From NCBI GenBank assembly GCA_964563755.1, contig CAZLYC010000009.1:42624-66623 (forward strand): a DNA stretch of 24,000 nucleotides. The letters are read 5' to 3'. A program made the position numbers and the translations under genes. Position 1 is the first letter of the stretch; each line of letters begins with the position of its first letter. Origin of the DNA: an uncultured Methanosarcinales archaeon. Lineage in GTDB: Archaea > Nanobdellota > Nanobdellia > Woesearchaeales > UBA11576. Positions 15,454 to 21,328 of this stretch are shown piece by piece. The notes beneath the pieces were generated by a model, which had not been told where the DNA came from, ran no database searches, and saw only the letters and a program-made list of their open reading frames with translations.

Positions 15454-18261
15454 TCAGTTGCAGTTAAGCGGTATAGGGTCCATAAATACGCCTTCAGCAT
15501 ACAACCTGTAATTCTTAGCGTCATGCTCCATAACTGAAGTGGGAATCCTTGTGCCTATAATCTTTCCTACATATGTCCAGTTAGTATCATACGGCACTTT
15601 TTTATCAAGACCCATTTCTCGCTGGCAGTGCTTGTATCCATAAGCTCGGGTAACTGTCGGCCAGTCATCGCATTCAATCGTCTGCTCAGTGCCTGGAAAC
15701 ACACCTGGCCCGGTTATTATCTCAAATCTGCTTGTATGTCCTGGATTAACAGATACTGTGCCTGATGCCAGGACTTCCATCTCTACCTCATCAGGCAAAT
15801 CATAAATTCCTTTTTCAATGACTCTCTTAATCACACATGATGCGCTAGTGACTGTTGCATGAGGCAGCAAGACGCGAAGCTTAGTCTGTTTGCAGGTCGT
15901 CTTAGGTTTTGAAGAACTATCAGAAGCGCAGATAGTTATATCATAATATCCTGGAACTGTATTATTAGGTACGGAACCATATTCTTCTGTTCCTCTAAGA
16001 ACGCCAACAGGATCCATAATAATTCCATTCGGTAAACCGCTTGCAGTGAATGTGTATGGGGGCACTCCTCCGACAGGAATCCTAAGAGGTCTATCAATAG
16101 AACTCCACTTTGCTCTATTTTCATTAATCTCTTCAATCGTGCAAGGCTTTATTTCCAACGTCGACGGATCCTGGCATTCCCCTGGATGACATCCATATAT
16201 TGTGTAGTCAGGAGGCATAGAAATCTGTTCGGTGCAGACAGGGTAATAATATGCGTCGTAGACAACAGCAACCTCGATTTCAGAATTAAGATAAAAATCA
16301 ATATCAGATGATTGGACAGGCAGCAACTGCTTCTTACCCTCGACCTGCTGCAGTGTCTTGTCCTCTTCAGAAACTTCCTGCTCCTCTACCTTTTTAGTCT
16401 CAAACATAGCAATAGTAGCATAATCCTTCCCAGAGCTTAGGACGCAGCTTCCTGTACCTGCGCAGTTGAGTTTCCATCCCTTGAAGACATTGCCTTTCCC
16501 AGGTTTTGCAGTAAGAGTCACACTACGAACGCTTCCTGGATAAATCTCTGTGCAGTCACCTTTGCAGCGGATGCCTGCAGGGTCAGACATTATCCTGCCT
16601 TCGCCTTCAACACCGACAAACACTGCCCAGTCAGGAGTTGGGCTGGTTGTCTCAAGCTTTGTAGGGCAAACATCACATATTATCATGTCAAGTCCTGTCT
16701 GGTCAGGAGTCCTGCCCTCATCACGAGTAGGGACTCTTAGCATCCTATCGACTGTCTCTGGAGTCATTAGAATTCCGTTGAACTGAACATCAGGTGTTCC
16801 TATGACAAGAGTCTGCAATGAACCCAATAGCGTTCCGCTGAATGGGACAAATATATCCATGGCAGAATAACCTGCCCTTGTTACGTGGTAGAATAGGAAT
16901 GGAACAATCATATCGCGGGGGTCTTTACCTGTCCTCATCGCTGTAATCTCTATGTCTTTTATGAGTGCTTGTGTTGTCAGCGGTGCGACGTAGCCTACCC
17001 AATTGATGAGTCCGACGGTTGTCAAAGCCCTTCCTAAAGTAGCGCTTCCAGACCTGCCAGCTGCTCTATTTCCAACGTCAACGGAACCCGCAATTGCTTC
17101 GTCGAAGCCCATCCTTTTTGCCCCGCAGCTGAATATGTCACTCACACGAGAAAACTCCCTTCCGCAAGGATCATAATACGATCTAAACTCGTCTTCTACG
17201 GCATCCCCTGTGACATCAATTATTGAAGAACCAGATATTGGTGCTGGCTGCTGGTCGCCATACATCAGCGCTCCAAGAAGCTTATCAGCGTCTGCAAGCA
17301 TTTCTTTGTCGTAAGACAGAGTAACTCCGTTCATTTCCATGAAAGGAACGCTTTTGACAGTGCCTCTTACAACTGATGCGACATCCTTGCGGAAGTCGGC
17401 GTATGCCTTGATTCGAGCATCAACTGCACTGAACAGCGCAGGGTCTACCGAACCAGGGCTTTCATTCTCTGCCATGCTTGCATGATTTTTTAGGTTCTTG
17501 AGTATTCTCACTGAGGAATCTATGAATTCAAGAGTTACCGCGCCAGGTTTTGATGAATAAGCAGGAATCTCATTTACATTGAACCCTTCGATTAAATTGG
17601 AGGATATTTCGCCTGCTGATTTCTTCTGCCTTACAGATATGCTCAACACAGCAGCAGAGACTTCCCAACTTTCTGTATTAAAATATGGAGGGACACCAAC
17701 ATCAACAGAATCTTCCTTAACCAGGACAGGTCTTACTGACACATAGTATCCTTTCCCGTCGGAAAAATCGACGAACTGCTCTGCTTCAAGGTCGAACTTA
17801 CCATAAATAGTGATGACTGAAGCAGGCAAGGCAGACATCGTGCTGAGCCTTTCAATATTCGCCTGCTGCATATCTGCCGAAGGATTCGCCAGCTTCGGAA
17901 TGAACAGAATTGCCGGCCCCGCCACGAAAACCATCATCAGGACAAAAAGTATGCTCGCATCAACCAGCTTTGAGGTTATATTGAATTTCCTCTTTATTAG
18001 TGCAGTGATTATTCCCATGAGCGCAAAACCTACGCTGAAAAAAAGCATGGATCCCAAGAATATCTTAACAAGCCGGTCAATATCTATAGATATGACAAAA
18101 ACAAATAATACGCTGAAAACTATCAGCATGCCAACAAGAGCACGCATGTTGGTCAAAAGAGTGCCAGGTGCTTTAGAATCATGATGCGCTACTGGTTTTC
18201 CGCAGTGGTCGCAGAACTTAGCGCTTTCACCAATTTTTTTGCCGCAATGTGAGCAATCCAT
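15454..18261 (-). CDS. Membrane-anchored surface protein: N-terminal zinc ribbon, three TM helices, ~800-aa Cys-rich ectodomain with InlB-B-repeat-like and putative-Ig (He_PIG-like) modules
   Basis: 935 aa. N-terminus MDCSHCGKKIGESAKFCDHCGKP (CxxC...CxxC). Three hydrophobic segments lie within residues ~36-125. GIRCKGDCTEIYPGSVRSVTLTAKPGKGNVFKGWKLNCAGTGSCVL resembles the divergent InlB B-repeat. GGVPPYTFTASGLPNGIIMDPVGVLRGT resembles the putative Ig domain. Confidence 0.8.
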   Translation of the reverse strand: MDCSHCGKKIGESAKFCDHCGKPVAHHDSKAPGTLLTNMRALVGMLIVFSVLFVFVISIDIDRLVKIFLGSMLFFSVGFALMGIITALIKRKFNITSKLVDASILFVLMMVFVAGPAILFIPKLANPSADMQQANIERLSTMSALPASVITIYGKFDLEAEQFVDFSDGKGYYVSVRPVLVKEDSVDVGVPPYFNTESWEVSAAVLSISVRQKKSAGEISSNLIEGFNVNEIPAYSSKPGAVTLEFIDSSVRILKNLKNHASMAENESPGSVDPALFSAVDARIKAYADFRKDVASVVRGTVKSVPFMEMNGVTLSYDKEMLADADKLLGALMYGDQQPAPISGSSIIDVTGDAVEDEFRSYYDPCGREFSRVSDIFSCGAKRMGFDEAIAGSVDVGNRAAGRSGSATLGRALTTVGLINWVGYVAPLTTQALIKDIEITAMRTGKDPRDMIVPFLFYHVTRAGYSAMDIFVPFSGTLLGSLQTLVIGTPDVQFNGILMTPETVDRMLRVPTRDEGRTPDQTGLDMIICDVCPTKLETTSPTPDWAVFVGVEGEGRIMSDPAGIRCKGDCTEIYPGSVRSVTLTAKPGKGNVFKGWKLNCAGTGSCVLSSGKDYATIAMFETKKVEEQEVSEEDKTLQQVEGKKQLLPVQSSDIDFYLNSEIEVAVVYDAYYYPVCTEQISMPPDYTIYGCHPGECQDPSTLEIKPCTIEEINENRAKWSSIDRPLRIPVGGVPPYTFTASGLPNGIIMDPVGVLRGTEEYGSVPNNTVPGYYDITICASDSSSKPKTTCKQTKLRVLLPHATVTSASCVIKRVIEKGIYDLPDEVEMEVLASGTVSVNPGHTSRFEIITGPGVFPGTEQTIECDDWPTVTRAYGYKHCQREMGLDKKVPYDTNWTYVGKIIGTRIPTSVMEHDAKNYRLYAEGVFMDPIPLNCN

Positions 18262-18319
18262 TCCTGCACGTGCAGTCGTTCACGTACTTAATAAGCATTT
18301 CTATCTATCAATAGAAGAT

Positions 18320-18571
18320 CTATCCCCTCTTCCAGGAGTTATGGCCCCATTGGATGAGGATATCAAAATCATTCGGCAGAGCGGGAGTATCGCACGCGCC
18401 AAAGCATGAACCAGCCCAGACAAAAATGTCTGCCTTGGTCTTTCTCTTAAGAAAATTAACAATCTCTTTTGCCTTTGGCTTCAGGCCGTCCGGCAGCTGG
18501 ATGCATACCTTCTTCGCCTTCTCGCTGCTGATCAGGCCAGCAGCACGCTCCAACTCCAGGTCGTATTCCAT
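18320..18571 (-). pseudogene. dph2: Remnant of dph2 (diphthamide synthesis 2-(3-amino-3-carboxypropyl)histidine synthase): N-terminal ~80 residues only
   Basis: MEYDLELERAAGLISSEKAKKVCIQLPDGLKPKAKEIVNFLKRKTKADIFVWAGSCFGACD...DILIQWGHN matches the N-terminal part of domain 1 of archaeal Dph2 (~340 aa in full-length proteins). Similarity ends near 18338 and a stop follows at 18322..18320. The track ORF extends to a GTG at 18631, but ATG 18571 has a TATA box centred 27 nt upstream. Confidence 0.7.
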
Positions 18572-18593
18572 AATAGATAAAAAAGCAATCCAG

Positions 18594-18602
18594 TTTAAAA
18601 AA
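18594..18602 (-). promoter_or_regulatory. TATA box (TTTTTTAAA on minus) upstream of the dph2 remnant
   Basis: Centred about 27 nt upstream of ATG 18571. The same T-run could also terminate upstream transcription. Confidence 0.4.
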
Positions 18603-18616
18603 CTTGTTCTGGTTTT

Positions 18617-18723
18617 CCATACGAACGCCACGCTCGCATGGCTAATACATCCGTTTATGTTCGCCCAACTGCGAGGTCAATAGACAGAGTTCTCTGACGC
18701 TCGCCAGGTGGCGTTCGTATTGG
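18617..18723. repeat. 13-bp perfect inverted repeat (ATACGAACGCCAC / GTGGCGTTCGTAT) enclosing 76 nt
   Basis: 18619..18631 is the exact reverse complement of 18708..18720. It extends by CC/GG across a 1-nt bulge. The 8-mer ACGCTCGC adjoins the inner side of both arms in direct orientation (18630..18637, 18697..18704). Confidence 0.7.
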
Positions 18724-18732
18724 ATGAATTGC

Positions 18733-18760
18733 TGAACTGTTCTGACTTCTTTTCAGTTCA
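18733..18760 (-). terminator. Stem-loop overlapping the stop codon of the small ORF (7-bp stem TGAACTG/CAGTTCA, 14-nt loop)
   Basis: Seen directly in the sequence. On the minus-strand RNA it is followed by the 13-bp long-range stem and then a T6 run (18597..18602). The terminator role is an inference. Confidence 0.3.
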
Positions 18761-18887
18761 ATTCCAGGAATACGTCATCCAAATCGTGTCGTGAGAGGTG
18801 CTTCTTGTTGAGGACGCTCTCGAATGAGCTCCTAGACCGTCTCATCTTCTCCTTAATCTCGAATAAAACTTCATCGTCTTTCTCCAT
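18753..18887 (-). CDS. Possible small protein, 44 aa (MEKDDEVLFEIKEKMRRSRSSFESVLNKKHLSRHDLDDVFLELN)
   Basis: Below the ORF-track length cutoff and found by hand. ATG preceded by GAGGGTGA about 6 nt upstream. Lies 51 nt downstream of the 676-aa gene on the same strand. Predicted helical and charged. No recognisable family. Confidence 0.3.
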   Translation of the reverse strand: MEKDDEVLFEIKEKMRRSRSSFESVLNKKHLSRHDLDDVFLELN

Positions 18888-18938
18888 TCTCATTCACCCT
18901 CGATATGTTGTTATTATAATGATGATAATTATTATTGC

Positions 18939-20969
18939 TCATTTGAGCCTTATCAGGCTCATCCTGTCAAAGTCCTTCGTATCTATGGTAAGCTCAACAA
19001 GGAACTTGCCGCCTTCCTCGTCGTTGCATCTCGCAAGGAACTCCTCCTGCATCTGGCCAGAATACTTCGCGACCATCTTGCCGAACACGACCTCTCCCTT
19101 ATCGGTCAGCTCGACTCCCAGTTTCGGTTCGTCCACAAAAAATTCGTTCGCCGCAGGATGATTGGATGACCTCATGTTATCATACATCGCCCTAAGTATT
19201 ATCTTTCTCCTAGACCACCTGTAGTATATCACATTCTTCATGTCAGAACGGCTCTTCTGCGGATTAATCGCTATCTGCTTGTCAATAGCGCCTGAGAATC
19301 TGGGCACCTCTGTAACTATCTGCTTGATTTCAGGCGAGAAAATTTCACATTCAGGTATAAGAGAAGTGAACGAGTCATCGTCCCCCAGGGCATAGCTGAA
19401 ACGCAGCCTGTGACCTAGAAGATGATATGTATCTGCCCCTCTGCATTCTTCACTCAAGAAATTCCTCTTGTGCAGCGCAGCCAGGCAGACCTTTTTTGAA
19501 AGATCCTCGACCAACCCGCCGAGATTCATCACTCCTTCTTCAGTCATGACAAGATGCCCTAGTCTTTTATCATCTTCTATGAAATACCTGCCAAAATCAG
19601 GATGATTATCATTCTTCATGTGCCTTGCGACTATATTCTCCGCGACAGAATCAACAATGCCTTTTGTCAAAGACCTGATGTACTCTGCAGTCATCCTGCC
19701 TTCCGGCACAGGAGCGATATCAATCCTAAAATTCCTAAGGTACGGATTGCTTGAATCAAGATACAATTTTTTCGCGGACTCGACTGAAAATCCCTGCTCA
19801 GACTTTGTCTTTGCCTCGCACTCAGGTTTTATCTTTAGGTAGAAAGGAGCAGGACCTGTCTCATTCATCGACATTATAGATTCAAGTATGATGCTTGTGA
19901 GCTTGTCGTACTGCCTCTCAAGCTTAGTCTCGCCTTCCTCTGTGAACGTGAACATCACTCTTTCTTCATTCCCTTTGCGCTGCGTAACTCTGCGCATGTA
20001 TCTCTCAAAAAATGGATGATTGGAATCACTCATCTGGTGCCCGAGTGCATTAAGCGCGGCCTTTCTCGCGAAGGCATCATAAGCATCGAGCCTCTCTTCA
20101 TCATCAAGCCCTTCTGTATCAGGCAGATAATCCCTTATGACAATCTTCGTCTCAGGATTCAGCATCAGATGCTTGATATTTATGCTTGAAACTTCCGTCT
20201 TTGCAGGGTTAAGATTTGTCTTTATCCATACAACCCCTCCTTCATCTATCCCGGGCATGGTAAGAAGCCGCGGCATGAAATCTTTTGTGACCATCTCTGA
20301 AAAACCAAGAAAATCAATCCTTGACCTGTCTGCAACGTACTCTTTACCTTCAAGCTTTAAGAACTTGTACAGCTCAGGATGCTTGGAATCAGAAAGATTC
20401 TTCAAGATGACGTCGCGTTCCAGCGCCGAGGATATCTGTTCCTGTATCACTGAAGACTTGTCTTTTACGCTCATATGAGGAAGATTTAGCACGAATGTGT
20501 GCGTTATATCCGAATCAAAATATTTCCTCTTGAATGTCTGTATCGAAAGACCGTCTGCGTTCATGTTGCCAGCGACACGGAACCTCGCGCCATTCATCAC
20601 TCCATCCGCCTTCGATACATATTCCATCAGCATGTCAGCGTACTTCTCGACAATGCTTCCTATGTCAGATGCATGCTCGTTTTTTGGCGTCCTTGTCTCA
20701 ATGAACTCGGTATTGAGCATATTGCCTTCGTTATCATGTATGGGTGTCGTGCTCATGTCGAAATACTGAAGATACCAATCTGCATTTTCCTTGACGCTCG
20801 GGTCGATTATCCTGTCCATCAGGAAATCCCTGACAGCCTGTCTTATCTCGAAATCAGGATTTTCAGAACCTAAGACTTTCGGGATGTCCATTATTGCGTT
20901 GAACATTATGTTAGGGTAGACTCGACCTCCAGCAATGACCTGAAGCGCTTCTACTTCGTAACCGGTCAA
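18939..20969 (-). CDS. Hypothetical protein built from five tandem ~120-160-aa modules with a conserved [SD]-x-[NK]-H-P-x-F...TEEG signature
   Basis: 676-aa ORF. Signature copies: GSENPDFEIR, SDSKHPELYKF, SDSNHPFFERY...FTFTEEGETKL, NDNHPDFGRYF...VMTEEGVMNL, SSNHPAANEFF...ELTDKGEVVF. The track start is TTG; the first ATG is at codon 22 (20906). Confidence 0.8.
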   Translation of the reverse strand: MTGYEVEALQVIAGGRVYPNIMFNAIMDIPKVLGSENPDFEIRQAVRDFLMDRIIDPSVKENADWYLQYFDMSTTPIHDNEGNMLNTEFIETRTPKNEHASDIGSIVEKYADMLMEYVSKADGVMNGARFRVAGNMNADGLSIQTFKRKYFDSDITHTFVLNLPHMSVKDKSSVIQEQISSALERDVILKNLSDSKHPELYKFLKLEGKEYVADRSRIDFLGFSEMVTKDFMPRLLTMPGIDEGGVVWIKTNLNPAKTEVSSINIKHLMLNPETKIVIRDYLPDTEGLDDEERLDAYDAFARKAALNALGHQMSDSNHPFFERYMRRVTQRKGNEERVMFTFTEEGETKLERQYDKLTSIILESIMSMNETGPAPFYLKIKPECEAKTKSEQGFSVESAKKLYLDSSNPYLRNFRIDIAPVPEGRMTAEYIRSLTKGIVDSVAENIVARHMKNDNHPDFGRYFIEDDKRLGHLVMTEEGVMNLGGLVEDLSKKVCLAALHKRNFLSEECRGADTYHLLGHRLRFSYALGDDDSFTSLIPECEIFSPEIKQIVTEVPRFSGAIDKQIAINPQKSRSDMKNVIYYRWSRRKIILRAMYDNMRSSNHPAANEFFVDEPKLGVELTDKGEVVFGKMVAKYSGQMQEEFLARCNDEEGGKFLVELTIDTKDFDRMSLIRLK

Positions 20970-21305
20970 CCTGTTGTAGACTGAGAATTCCTTGTTCTGT
21001 TTGCATGACTCTTTGAGTCACTTAAGATAATCAATCTGCGCAGCAGTGCAACTCTCAATGATACTTTCAATAGATGGTCCGCTACCTTCTCCTTTGTCAG
21101 TACGTCCTTGCAACGTCACGTCCCTTGCTCCTTTTTGCTGCGATTTTTACTATCTAGCCTTTTTTCTAGCAGTATAGGTATCGCTAGCGTTTAACATCTC
21201 AACAACACCTTATTGTTACTTCTAAGTGACTACTACGAGCACTTATATTTAAATGTTCCTGTTTTATTTATAAATGATTTTAAATAATTTTTCCTTTAGA
21301 AGATA

Positions 21306-21328
21306 GAAAAAGGCAGGTTTAATCCTGC
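21306..21328 (-). terminator. Stem-loop plus T5 at the end of the coiled-coil gene
   Basis: Minus-strand RNA reads GCAGG-AUUAAA-CCUGC followed by CUUUUUC. The TAA stop (21321..21319) sits in the loop. Confidence 0.4.

Noticed and set aside
21006-21020. Palindrome TGACTC-TTT-GAGTCA upstream of the 676-aa gene, and palindrome CTGCACGTGCAG (18264..18275) abutting the start of the 935-aa gene, as possible operator sites.
   Set aside because: Palindromes with 6-bp arms are expected many times by chance in 24 kb. There is no second copy or supporting context. They are noted only as positions to look at if regulators are studied.
21018-21119. A 33-codon frame (GTG 21119, AGGAG 8 nt upstream) that is in frame with the 676-aa ORF and separated from it by a single TGA (21020..21018). 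It hints at stop-codon readthrough or an N-terminal extension.
   Set aside because: TGA is clearly used as a genuine stop by purD, purL, purM and others here. The upstream frame is open for only 42 codons, bounded by a TAA. It has no ATG and no recognisable sequence features. It is most likely chance.
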